A stretch of 60,642 nucleotides of DNA, the filler included. It is 4 parts of 4 records of this genome, joined end to end, with 100 filler letters (N's around TTAATTAATTAA, not from the genome) between each part and the next. Parts side by side here need not be neighbours in the genome. Positions count along the whole stretch, not along the records: positions 36,421 to 45,450 come from DRR723986_23784; positions 45,551 to 60,642 come from DRR723986_23914; 2 more parts are not named here. One strand, given 5' to 3'. Under the pieces are notes generated by a model, which searched no databases, had not been told where the DNA came from, and worked only from the letters and a program-made list of their open reading frames with translations. The position numbers and the translations under genes were made by a program. Shown in pieces: positions 40,012 through 49,445 of this stretch; position 1 is the first letter of the stretch; the number at the start of each line of letters is the position of its first letter.

Positions 40012-43000
40012 ATGCCACATGCCGAGTTTGTTCATTTGCGTGTTCACACCGCTTATTCTCTATCTGAAGGCGCAATACACGTTAAAGACTTGGTGAAGCA
40101 ATGTGTTGGGCATCATATGCCTGCTGTGGCGGTTACTGACACGAACAATATGTTCGGGGCGCTTGAGTTTTCTACATATGCGGCAGATGAAGGCGTGCAG
40201 GCCATTCCGGGCGTTACGCTCTCTGTGAAATTACCTTCAAAAGAGCAAAAAGAAGCGTCAAAGCCTTCAAAAAAGTTGGACGAACCAGCGCAGTTGGTTC
40301 TAATCGCCCAGTCTGATGCTGGGTACCGAAACCTCATGAAAATAGTTTCGATGGCACACTTAACCAGTGACCCTCAGGCTGGAGTTCAATTGGATATATC
40401 TGCTTTAGAACAATTCAATGAAGACGTTATATGCCTGTCTGGCGGCAGTAATGGGCCGGTTGGCAGGTTGCTCCTCGAGGGCAAGCCCGAGGAAGCCTTA
40501 CACTGCATGAAAGTTCTAAAAAGCTATTTCGTGGACCGGCTATATGTTGAGATCGCGCGTCACGGCGAAGAAGCAGAAGTCCGTACCGAAGAAGCTTTCA
40601 TTGATATGGCCTATGATTTAGATTTGCCGCTTGTTGCAACTAATCAGCCTTTCTTTGTTGGGCCCGATATGTACCAGCCTCACGATGCGCTACTATGTAT
40701 GGCTGAAAGTACATATGTTGCAGCTACTGATCGTCGAAAAGTAAACCCGGAATACCGCTTCAAATCTGCTGAGGAAATGTGCAAACTATTTGAAGACCTG
40801 CCTGAAGCTATCGAGAATACGATCAACATTGCGCAGCGCTGCCACTTTGGCGTTAAAGAAATTGACCCATTGCTGCCAAATTTTACCAGTGGTTTGGGCG
40901 TTTCAGAAGAAGACCTGCTTAAAGAAGATTCTGAAAAAGGATTGCGGCTTAGGTTAGATACAAAAGCTCAGCGAGACGGTTTGACGCCAGGTAAGCAAGA
41001 AGAATGGGAAAGCGAATATTGGGCCCGATTAGACTTTGAGCTTAAAGTTATTAACCAAATGGGCTTTCCCGGATATTTTTTAATCGTAGCAGACTTCATT
41101 CAATGGGCGAAAGATAATGCGGTCCCAGTGGGGCCGGGCAGGGGCTCGGGCGCCGGTTCGGTTGTCGCATGGGCTTTAAAAATTACCGATCTTGATCCGC
41201 TGCAATTTTCGCTTCTATTCGAACGGTTTTTGAATCCAGAACGCGTTTCCATGCCTGATTTCGATATCGATTTTTGCCAGGACAAACGCGAACTAGTTAT
41301 TAAATATGTACAAGATAAATATGGCTATGACCGTGTTGCGCAGATTATTACCTTTGGTAAGCTGCAAGCACGTGCGGTTGTAAAAGCCTGTGGTCGTGTT
41401 CTTCAGCAGCCCCATGGCCTGACGGATCGTTTGTCTAAAATGATACCGAACGATCCTGGCAACGCGATGAGCCTGCAGGAAGCGATTGATAGTGAGCCTA
41501 GGCTTCGTGCCGAAATTGATTCTGACGAACTTACCAAAAGCGTGATGGAACGCGCCCTTAAGTTAGAAGGTTTCTACGCCCACTCTTCAACCCATGCTGC
41601 AGGGGTTGTAATAGGCGACAGGCCTCTTGACGAACTCGTGCCGCTCTACCGTGACCCAAAATCTGACATGCCGGTTACGCAGTTTAACATGAAGTGGGTA
41701 GAGCAGGCGGGCTTGGTCAAGTTTGATTTTCTCGGCCTTAAGACATTAACGGTTTTGGATCGTGCAGTAGAATATGTGAAAGCACGCGGTGTCGAAATTG
41801 ATTTGGATAATCTGCCGCTTGATGATGCTCTTTCATACGAGATGTTACAGCGCGGCGATGCCGCTGGCGTATTTCAGCTTGAGAGCACGGGTATGCGCTC
41901 AGTGCTTAAGGGCTTAAAACCGGATAAATTCGAGGACATTATTGCGATTGTTGCCCTTTACCGGCCGGGCCCAATGGACAATATCCCCACATACATTGAT
42001 CGTAAACATGGACGCGAGCCTGTTGAATATCCACACCCTATCCTCGAAGAAATTTTAGACGAGACATACGGCGTTATTATTTATCAGGAACAGGTAATGC
42101 AAATCGCTCAGGTGATGTCTGGGTATAGCCTTGGTGAAGCAGATATTTTACGCCGTGCGATGGGTAAGAAAATTCAAGCTGAAATGGATAAACAACGCGG
42201 TCGTTTCTGTAACGGTGCAGTTGAACGCGGCATAGATTTTGAAAAAGCCAGTTTCATTTTTGATTTGGTAACCAAATTTGCTTCCTACGGCTTCAATAAA
42301 TCACATGCTGCCGCATATGCTTTGGTCGCTTACCAAACTGCTTATATGAAAGCAAACTACCCAGTTGAATTCATGGCCGCGATCATGACCTTGGATTTGG
42401 GAAACACCGATAAACTAAGTGCCTTTAAACAAGAGTTGCAACGTGCGGAAATACCTCTGCTTTTGCCTGATATCAATAAATCACACGTTGCCTTCGTGGT
42501 GGAGGAGAGCAAAGAGCCTTACTCTGACAGGGAAAATGACCCGCGGCGAAATTTGGCTGTGCGTTATGCGCTGGGCGCCATAAAAGGTGTCGGTGAAAAA
42601 GCAATGGAATCTATTATTATAGAACGCCAAAAGAATGGCGACTTTAAAGACATATTTGACTTTGCTGATCGCATCGACCCTCGTTTGGTTAACAAGCGCC
42701 AAATTGAGCGCCTTGCATCTTGTGGTGCGTTTGAGGGGTTACTTGAAGACCGTGCTCAAGCATTTGCTGCCGCTGAAATCATTCAGCGCACAGCGCAAGT
42801 GCAAGCGCAAGAACGCGAGAGTAATCAGGTCAGTTTGTTTAGTGGCGATGCAGCTGCAGAGATTGATAGGCCAGCTATTCCGATGGTTAAAAGCTGGACC
42901 GCAACGGAGCAGTTGGAACAGGAAAAGAAGGCCTTAGGGTTTTATCTATCCGCTCATCCTTTAGATTCGTATGCCACATTATTGGAACGCGAAAGGATTA

Positions 43001-43533
43001 TACCTGCAAAGGAGGTAATGACCGACGTGGGTTTGATTGGCCAAACAGTGCGAATGGCTGGTGCTATTGCTGGCTACCGCGAAGGCACTAGTAAACGTGG
43101 CAATAAATTCGGACGCTTAACACTTTCAGACCGCACCGATGGCTTTGAGTTGATGTATTTTGGTGATGATATTGATCATTTGCGCCAATTAGTAGAAGAG
43201 GGCGCGCCGGTTGTTGTCTCTGCACAAATACGCAAGCGAGATGATGACGATAGCGTTGGTCTTTCCTGCCGCAGTATTGAATCACTAGAAGCAGTTGCGG
43301 CTAGCTCGTCTAAAGGCTTATTCATAGAAATTGAAAAGCCTGAGGCATTTAGTTCTATGAAAGCAGTCTTGGACCGAAAAACCGGCGGCAAGGGCAAGAT
43401 AACCGTTAAGTTTGCAGTTGCGGAAGACGAACGATTCGCTGAGTTTAGATTGCCCGGCGGCTACAAGGTTTCGCCAGAACTACGCCAAGCGATTGCTGCA
43501 GAAATTGGTATTTCTGCCGTTGAGGAAATATGA
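40012..43533 (+). CDS. dnaE: DNA polymerase III alpha subunit
   Basis: PHP domain FVHLRVHTAYSL, GPGRGSGAGS, FERFLNPERVSMPDFDIDF, KFDFLGL and YGFNKSHAAAY. Confidence 0.98.
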   Translation: MPHAEFVHLRVHTAYSLSEGAIHVKDLVKQCVGHHMPAVAVTDTNNMFGALEFSTYAADEGVQAIPGVTLSVKLPSKEQKEASKPSKKLDEPAQLVLIAQSDAGYRNLMKIVSMAHLTSDPQAGVQLDISALEQFNEDVICLSGGSNGPVGRLLLEGKPEEALHCMKVLKSYFVDRLYVEIARHGEEAEVRTEEAFIDMAYDLDLPLVATNQPFFVGPDMYQPHDALLCMAESTYVAATDRRKVNPEYRFKSAEEMCKLFEDLPEAIENTINIAQRCHFGVKEIDPLLPNFTSGLGVSEEDLLKEDSEKGLRLRLDTKAQRDGLTPGKQEEWESEYWARLDFELKVINQMGFPGYFLIVADFIQWAKDNAVPVGPGRGSGAGSVVAWALKITDLDPLQFSLLFERFLNPERVSMPDFDIDFCQDKRELVIKYVQDKYGYDRVAQIITFGKLQARAVVKACGRVLQQPHGLTDRLSKMIPNDPGNAMSLQEAIDSEPRLRAEIDSDELTKSVMERALKLEGFYAHSSTHAAGVVIGDRPLDELVPLYRDPKSDMPVTQFNMKWVEQAGLVKFDFLGLKTLTVLDRAVEYVKARGVEIDLDNLPLDDALSYEMLQRGDAAGVFQLESTGMRSVLKGLKPDKFEDIIAIVALYRPGPMDNIPTYIDRKHGREPVEYPHPILEEILDETYGVIIYQEQVMQIAQVMSGYSLGEADILRRAMGKKIQAEMDKQRGRFCNGAVERGIDFEKASFIFDLVTKFASYGFNKSHAAAYALVAYQTAYMKANYPVEFMAAIMTLDLGNTDKLSAFKQELQRAEIPLLLPDINKSHVAFVVEESKEPYSDRENDPRRNLAVRYALGAIKGVGEKAMESIIIERQKNGDFKDIFDFADRIDPRLVNKRQIERLASCGAFEGLLEDRAQAFAAAEIIQRTAQVQAQERESNQVSLFSGDAAAEIDRPAIPMVKSWTATEQLEQEKKALGFYLSAHPLDSYATLLERERIIPAKEVMTDVGLIGQTVRMAGAIAGYREGTSKRGNKFGRLTLSDRTDGFELMYFGDDIDHLRQLVEEGAPVVVSAQIRKRDDDDSVGLSCRSIESLEAVAASSSKGLFIEIEKPEAFSSMKAVLDRKTGGKGKITVKFAVAEDERFAEFRLPGGYKVSPELRQAIAAEIGISAVEEI

Positions 43534-44303
43534 ATTTTACACATTCTGAAAATAAACCAATAGCACCAGCCCTGCCTGCTGCATCAGTTTTATTGATACG
43601 CGATGGCGCAGGTGGTCTTGAAGTTCTCATGATAGAGCGTGCTAAAACTATGCGTTTTGCGCCGGGTGCCTTAGTTTTCCCTGGTGGAAAGGTAGATACT
43701 GAAGATACTCAGCTTTGGCGCTGGCAAAGATACTTGAAACACAGCAGGCGTTTGATAAAAGATGCACCAATGCGTATTGCCGCTGCGCGGGAGTTATATG
43801 AAGAAACAAACATTTTGTTAGGTACCACTCAACAACACAATGCACTTCACTCAGCAAAGACTTTTTCCACGTTGCTTAGTTGCGGCTCTGTTAGGTTGAA
43901 ATTGGATGAGATGGAGCCTTTTGCGCATTGGGTAACGCCGGAAACAATGCCGCGTAGGTTTGATACATACTTTTTTCTTGCGGCAGATGATGGCCATGTT
44001 GAACAGCATGATGGCGTAGAGGCAGTAGCTGCAAATTGGTACAAGCCAAGGGAAATTCTTGCAAATTGGGAAGATGATAAAGTTCCCTTAATGTTTCCTA
44101 CCCGCCTTAATTTAATGAAGTTGGCGCGCTCATCGACCGTTGCGGCGGCATTCCAAGCCGCTCGGCAAACACCTGTTGTGCAAATTTTACCACGTCTTGA
44201 AATGAACGAGGAAGAGGTAAAACTCACCATTCAAAAAGCTGCAGGATATGACGTTACAAGCGCATCTGCAAAAGAGCTTTCAGTAGAAGCCCCAAAAAGA
44301 TAA
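43530..44303 (+). CDS. NUDIX hydrolase (NUDT19-like)
   Basis: VFPGGKVD..AAARELYEETNI and HWVTP..RRFDT.FF. ATGA overlap with dnaE. Confidence 0.88.
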   Translation: MNFTHSENKPIAPALPAASVLLIRDGAGGLEVLMIERAKTMRFAPGALVFPGGKVDTEDTQLWRWQRYLKHSRRLIKDAPMRIAAARELYEETNILLGTTQQHNALHSAKTFSTLLSCGSVRLKLDEMEPFAHWVTPETMPRRFDTYFFLAADDGHVEQHDGVEAVAANWYKPREILANWEDDKVPLMFPTRLNLMKLARSSTVAAAFQAARQTPVVQILPRLEMNEEEVKLTIQKAAGYDVTSASAKELSVEAPKR

Positions 44304-44362
44304 TTTTTTTGTGAAAAAACGCTTGATCTCTGTGGGCTACAAGCCTATACGAGCCACGACTT

Positions 44363-44477
44363 CACACGCAGGGGTCGGCTACTCATCGAGTTGGTGAGGC
44401 GCCATCCGGTGTTGACCAAAGCCATAATGGCAAGGCAACGCAACCCTGCGGAGGCATAACCGGAAAAGGAATATATT
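44363..44477 (+). ncRNA. Structured rpsB 5' leader, putative uS2 autoregulatory element
   Basis: CGCAGGG (44367-44373) pairs with CCCTGCG (44444-44450). TCCGGT (44405-44410) is complementary to ACCGGA (44459-44464) next to the AAGGA ribosome-binding site. A TTGATC...TATACG promoter-like pair lies upstream. Confidence 0.6.
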
Positions 44478-45450
44478 ATGACCATGCCCCTAGTAGACAT
44501 GCGCGCATTGCTTGAAGCAGGCGTACACTTTGGCCACCAAAAACATCGTTGGAATCCTAAAATGGCACCGTTTATCTTCGGTGACCGAAACGGAATCCAT
44601 ATTATTGATCTATCACAAACAGTGCCATACTTCAGCCGCGCCTTGCAGGTTGTTCGTGACGTTGTTGCAGGTGGTGGTCGTGTGCTTTTTGTTGGCACCA
44701 AGCGTCAAGCATCTCCAATTATTGCCGAAGCTGCAAAGCGTTGTGGGCAGTATTATGTAAATCACCGCTGGCTTGGCGGCATGATGACAAACTGGCAGAC
44801 TATTTCTAAGTCAATCAAGCGTCTCAAAGAGTTGAACGAAAAGTTGAACCAAGAGCACACTGGCTTGACCAAAAAAGAAACACTTCAGATGACGCGTCAG
44901 CGCGACAAGTTGGAGCTATCTCTTGGTGGTATTCAAGACATGGGCGGCTTACCTGACCTTGTGTTTGTTGTTGATACTAACCGTGACGATATTGCTATTG
45001 CTGAAGCTAACCGCCTTAAAATTCCAGTAATCGGCGTGATTGATACCAATTCGCAGCCAGACGGCATTGATTATCCTGTGCCAGGTAATGATGATGCGAC
45101 GCGGGCTATTCGCCTATACTGTGACCTTGTTGCTGGCGCTGTGCTTGACGGTATTCAAGCCGATTTAGCGTCTAAAGGCGTTGACTTAGGCGCGGCGGAC
45201 AGTGCACCTGCGGAAGCAGTTGTGGAAGAAAGTGCCGCTGATGAAGCTGTGGCCGAAGAGACTGTTGTGGAAGCGCCAGCAGAATCCCCCGCTGTAGAAG
45301 CGGTTGCTGAGGAAGAAGCCCCTGCTGAAGCTGAAAAAGCCCCTGCTAAAAAACCTGCGGCAAAAAAAGCTGCTGTTAAAAAAACAGCTGCCAAGAAAGC
45401 CCCGGCTAAAAAAGCTGCAACAAAAGAAGCGGCTGAAAAGGCACCGGCAA
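44478..45450 (+). CDS. rpsB: 30S ribosomal protein S2 with long C-terminal extension (3' end cut by contig edge)
   Basis: [35 protein letters not shown] and PGNDDA.RAI. Confidence 0.98.
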
Positions 45451-45550
45451 NNNNNNNNNNNNNNNNNNNNNNNNNNNNNNNNNNNNNNNNNNNNTTAATT
45501 AATTAANNNNNNNNNNNNNNNNNNNNNNNNNNNNNNNNNNNNNNNNNNNN
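45451..45550. other. Artificial contig spacer
   Basis: 44 N + TTAATTAATTAA + 44 N. Confidence 0.99.
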
Positions 45551-46060
45551 GCCCACCAGATCAAAGCTGAGCGCGGTGTGAACGGCGTTGCCCAAGGGAT
45601 CCAGAATGGCGCCGATGTCGTCGGAAATCTCGTCGGGCAGGGGCACCACATTAAAGGCGGGCAGGCGGAGGTATTGGGCAAAAGCGCCCTGTTCGTTGAC
45701 GCCGATGCCACGGGTTTCCGGGTCCAGATGGAACTTGCCTGCTCGGCTTTGACGCGAGTGTTTGCCAATCAAGTGCCCCTCGCCAGAGCACCGCTGACCG
45801 ACCTTGAGGTCATCAACATTGCGACCGGTTTCGACAATGACCCCGGCGAATTCATGTCCAGTGATCATGGGGGTGGGGACGGTCTTAGCTGCCCACTCAT
45901 CCCAATTCCAGATATGCACATCAGTGCCACATATCCCGGTTTTGTTGACTTTGATCAGCACGTCATCCGGACCGATTTCCGGCACCGGCGCGCGCACCGC
46001 CCAAAGCCCCTCACGTGGGTGGGTTTTCTCGAGCGCTTTCATTGTGTTGGGCAGGGTCAT
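45551..46060 (-). CDS. tdh: L-threonine 3-dehydrogenase (3' end cut by contig edge)
   Basis: [20 protein letters not shown] and [17 protein letters not shown]. Coupled to kbl by an ATGA overlap. Confidence 0.95.
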
Positions 46061-47244
46061 GACAGAATCCCCAAATCGCGACCCACTTTGCCAAAGGCAG
46101 CCAGAGCGCGGTCTAGATCATCACGGGTCAGAGCTGCATTCATCTGGGTGCGAATGCGGGCTTGGCCGCGTGGCACGACGGGAAAGAAGAAGCCGGACAC
46201 ATAGACGCCTTCGTCAAACAGACGGGCAGCCATATCTTGTGCCAGCTGCGCCTCGCCCAGCATGACGGGCACGATGGGGTGTTCGCCGGGCAGCAGGGTA
46301 AAGCCGAGCTGCTCCAGACCGGCGCGCCAATAGCGGGTGTTTTCAAACAGTTGCTGGCGCAGAGCCGCGCCCTGTTCGACCAATCGGATCGCTTCGAGGC
46401 CCGCGGCCACAATCGCTGGCGGCAGCGAATTTGAGAAAAGATAGGGCCGCGCCCGCTGCCGCAAAAGATCTATGACCGGCTGCGGCCCTGCGATGTAGCC
46501 GCCGATGGCCCCCCCAAGCGCTTTGCCCAAGGTGCCTGTCAGAATATCGACATCCACGTCAAAATGATCCGGTGTTCCAGCCCCGTTTGGACCCATGAAG
46601 CCGGTGGCGTGGCAATCATCGACCATCACAACGGCATCGTATTTGTCAGCCAAGGCGCGGATTTCCGGCAGTTTGGCCAGATAGCCATCCATCGAAAAGA
46701 CGCCATCGGTTGCGATCATGATGTGGCGTGCGCCGTCTGCACGGGCCTGTTTCAGCCACGCCTCAAGATCGTTCATGTCGTTGTTGAGATAACGATAGCG
46801 TTTGGCTTTGCATAGGCGGACCCCATCGATAATCGAGGCGTGGTTCAGGCTGTCCGAGATAATCGCGTCTTCGGGGCCCAGCAGGGGTTCGAATAGGCCG
46901 CCATTGGCATCGAAACAGGCCGCAAACAGGATTGAGTCATCCTTGTTGAGGAACGTGGCCAACCGTTGTTCCAATTTGCGGTGAATATCTTGGGTGCCGC
47001 AGATGAACCGCACCGAGGCCATGCCAAACCCTTTGTCACCCATCGCGTCCTTGGCGGCGGTGATCAGGTTGGGGTGATCCGCCAGACCCAGATAGTTGTT
47101 GGCACACAGATTGATGACCTGCCGATCGCCAACGGTGATCTCTCCCCCCTGCGGGGAGGTGATCATGCGTTCGCGTTTGGTCATTCCTTCGGCGTCAATC
47201 TGCGCCAGTGTTTCCGCGATTTGAGACAAGAATGATTCTGACAT
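46057..47244 (-). CDS. kbl: Glycine C-acetyltransferase (2-amino-3-ketobutyrate CoA ligase)
   Basis: [39 protein letters not shown] and GTLGKALGG (PLP Lys). Confidence 0.97.
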   Translation of the reverse strand: MSESFLSQIAETLAQIDAEGMTKRERMITSPQGGEITVGDRQVINLCANNYLGLADHPNLITAAKDAMGDKGFGMASVRFICGTQDIHRKLEQRLATFLNKDDSILFAACFDANGGLFEPLLGPEDAIISDSLNHASIIDGVRLCKAKRYRYLNNDMNDLEAWLKQARADGARHIMIATDGVFSMDGYLAKLPEIRALADKYDAVVMVDDCHATGFMGPNGAGTPDHFDVDVDILTGTLGKALGGAIGGYIAGPQPVIDLLRQRARPYLFSNSLPPAIVAAGLEAIRLVEQGAALRQQLFENTRYWRAGLEQLGFTLLPGEHPIVPVMLGEAQLAQDMAARLFDEGVYVSGFFFPVVPRGQARIRTQMNAALTRDDLDRALAAFGKVGRDLGILS

Positions 47245-47313
47245 GACGCCCTCCGTTTGCTCGTGTCTAGCATAGCGGATGTAAATCCGAAATACAGGAA
47301 TGCAAGATCACGG

Positions 47314-47350
47314 AAAAAATTCCACCAAGACGGACGCTGTGGTGGAATTT
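47314..47350 (-). terminator. Intrinsic terminator of the upstream Hint-domain gene
   Basis: Perfect 11-bp inverted repeat AAATTCCACCA (47317-47327) / TGGTGGAATTT (47340-47350), with a U-tract on the minus strand. Confidence 0.75.
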
Positions 47351-47379
47351 CCGGAATTGAACGGGGGGAGCGGGACTTG

Positions 47380-48948
47380 TTACCCCCGAATCAGAGTACG
47401 CACCTCGTACCCGCGCAGAGAGGGGCGCGCCGTGGGGCCATAGCCATAGTCCTGTTTGTTGAGGTCTGGCATCAACGACAGGATTTCATCGCGTGTTTCG
47501 GGGTCGAACGCCTCAACACTCTGATCGCCGGGGTGGTAGCTTTCGCTTTCCATGCCGTTTCCGCAAATCACCTCGTGCCGGTCAAACAGAACGTGGACAT
47601 AGGTGATGGGTTTGCCGTCGGCGCAACGGCGGATCGAGCGGTCGTTGACTAGATGCTTGGCCTGAACCAGAACTTCGGATGACCCGAACATCATTTCCGA
47701 CAGGGCAGAGGACAGCAGCACGCGATGGTTGGGCGAGAGTGCGACGGTATCGTGATCCCCCAAAGCCCCTCGCCTGAACAGAATGGGGGCATCTGGCCCC
47801 TCGGCGATGCGCGTTGTTTGCCCAATCCAGCGGACAGGTTGTGGCCCGTGATCCCGCGTCATGACCTGCGTGCCCGGGGTCAGGGTTTCAACACTTTGAC
47901 GCCCGGTGAGGGTGTCGATCAGTGTTCCTGCGACAAAGCAGGCGATGGTGTTGACTGTGACAAAGGCAGTGTCAGTATTCCCGGCAGAGTCTTCGACCTG
48001 ATAGGAAAAGACATTGGAGCCCTCGTCCCCGTCGGTATCAATAGTAAAGGTTCCGTCGGGGTTGAGCGTGACCTCTTCGCCTGAAGCAAGCGTGATGGTA
48101 TCCCCGGCCGATACCTCTTGCCCGTTGATCATTGTGATCGTCAACGTCCCCGAGTGGGCGCTGACATCGTTGCCCAAAACGTCTAGATTAGCCTCGCTGT
48201 CGGCGGTGATATCTATTGTATCTGCATCCGCAACCAGAGCGGTTTGAACTGAATCACCGGCAATCAACAGATTTGAATCGTAGCTCGAATCGCCCGCATC
48301 CGCGATGGCGATCTTGATCGTGTTGACCTCGCCCGGAGTGACGGGCGCCTTGAGGGTCAGCGTGACGGTCAACCCGTCCATTTCGGTATTGGCGACTTCG
48401 GCGTTGGCCGGGTTGTCTATGTAGAGATTCGAATTGGTTTCGTCATTAATGTTGTTGATGGTGATATCGCCATCCCCAACCATCAGTTCGGCCTTTTCGC
48501 CGTTGACGTAAATCCCAACCGCATCGTTAAATCCGGATCCGACGTATTCCAGATATTCCTCGGATGAGAACGTCACCTGCATCGTCAGAGTGGATCCTTC
48601 GGGGATAAATTCGGCTTCGATGACCGCTGCGTCATAGGTCGTGGTGCCCGCCATTTCGTCCAGATCCGAGTCACCCTTTTGGCGCATGTTGGAACTTGTA
48701 TTTGAGCGGACATTTGCATCGCCATAGCTGTTGGTGATGCTGCTGGCCCGTCCGGTCGATAGAATGACGCCGGTGTCGGACGGTGTCACGTTGGGCGCAA
48801 CGGAATCGCCATCGCTGTAAATACCAGACGAGGCATTGTGCCCGGTATAGTCGGCCGAGACAATTTGAACCCCATTGCCAAACATAGCTTGGGCCATGTC
48901 GGTGGCAGAGGCACTGGTGTCGATAGGCAGTTCTGAAGCTGTTGGCAT
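47380..48948 (-). CDS. Choice-of-anchor L-like + Ig/cadherin-like + Hint (bacterial intein-like) domain protein
   Basis: YDAA..FSSEEYLEYVGSGFND, LDVLGND..FSYQV, Hint start ACFVAGTLI.T..G, SPNHR and YVHVLFDRHE..ESYHPG. Confidence 0.9.
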   Translation of the reverse strand: MPTASELPIDTSASATDMAQAMFGNGVQIVSADYTGHNASSGIYSDGDSVAPNVTPSDTGVILSTGRASSITNSYGDANVRSNTSSNMRQKGDSDLDEMAGTTTYDAAVIEAEFIPEGSTLTMQVTFSSEEYLEYVGSGFNDAVGIYVNGEKAELMVGDGDITINNINDETNSNLYIDNPANAEVANTEMDGLTVTLTLKAPVTPGEVNTIKIAIADAGDSSYDSNLLIAGDSVQTALVADADTIDITADSEANLDVLGNDVSAHSGTLTITMINGQEVSAGDTITLASGEEVTLNPDGTFTIDTDGDEGSNVFSYQVEDSAGNTDTAFVTVNTIACFVAGTLIDTLTGRQSVETLTPGTQVMTRDHGPQPVRWIGQTTRIAEGPDAPILFRRGALGDHDTVALSPNHRVLLSSALSEMMFGSSEVLVQAKHLVNDRSIRRCADGKPITYVHVLFDRHEVICGNGMESESYHPGDQSVEAFDPETRDEILSLMPDLNKQDYGYGPTARPSLRGYEVRTLIRG

Positions 48949-49091
48949 TGTCTTGTCCTGATCGTCTTACTGACTCTCGGGATAGCGCCGGAAAGGTTCT
49001 CAATTCCTTTTCACCCATACGGGATGTGTCTTGCATTTTAACCAATAGGCCCCGTTGACCGCTACCACCTTGCCGCGTTAAGGCGGCGGGC

Positions 49092-49439
49092 ATGGAAAAG
49101 AAGAAAAAAACCTCGCGCCAGCAAGTTTATACTCTTGTCGTTCAAATTGGACGCAAAGAGGGGGATGGCTTGCCCGATGGTGCCTCGGGGGCGGCGCTGA
49201 TGTGTTATGCCAGCGGCGTCGACGAAGCTGAAGCCGTGCGCGAAACCGTGGCGATTCTAAAGCAGGCGGATACCGCACCGCTGGACGTTACCGGGTACGG
49301 CACATTGGCCGAGCGCGAAGCCGAAGGTCATGAGATTGGCGAAGGTGAACGCGAGCTGATGGATCGGGCGCTGGCTGAAAACTCGGTGATCGTCGCGCAG
49401 ATGACTCCGTTTTTTGACGATGGCACTCAGGAAGCGTAA
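49092..49439 (+). CDS. Hypothetical protein
   Basis: 115-aa frame with high-GC codon pattern filling the gap between two minus-strand genes. No motif recognised. Confidence 0.75.
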   Translation: MEKKKKTSRQQVYTLVVQIGRKEGDGLPDGASGAALMCYASGVDEAEAVRETVAILKQADTAPLDVTGYGTLAEREAEGHEIGEGERELMDRALAENSVIVAQMTPFFDDGTQEA

Positions 49440-49445
49440 CGCGCC

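Noticed and set aside
40012..43533. Intein or split in dnaE, prompted by the Hint genes elsewhere
   Set aside because: Normal length with continuous motifs, and the Hint genes are on a different contig.
49038..49044. CtrA binding site upstream of the first Hint gene (TTAACCA)
   Set aside because: Only a half-site, with no TTAA-N7-TTAA, which is too weak to call.
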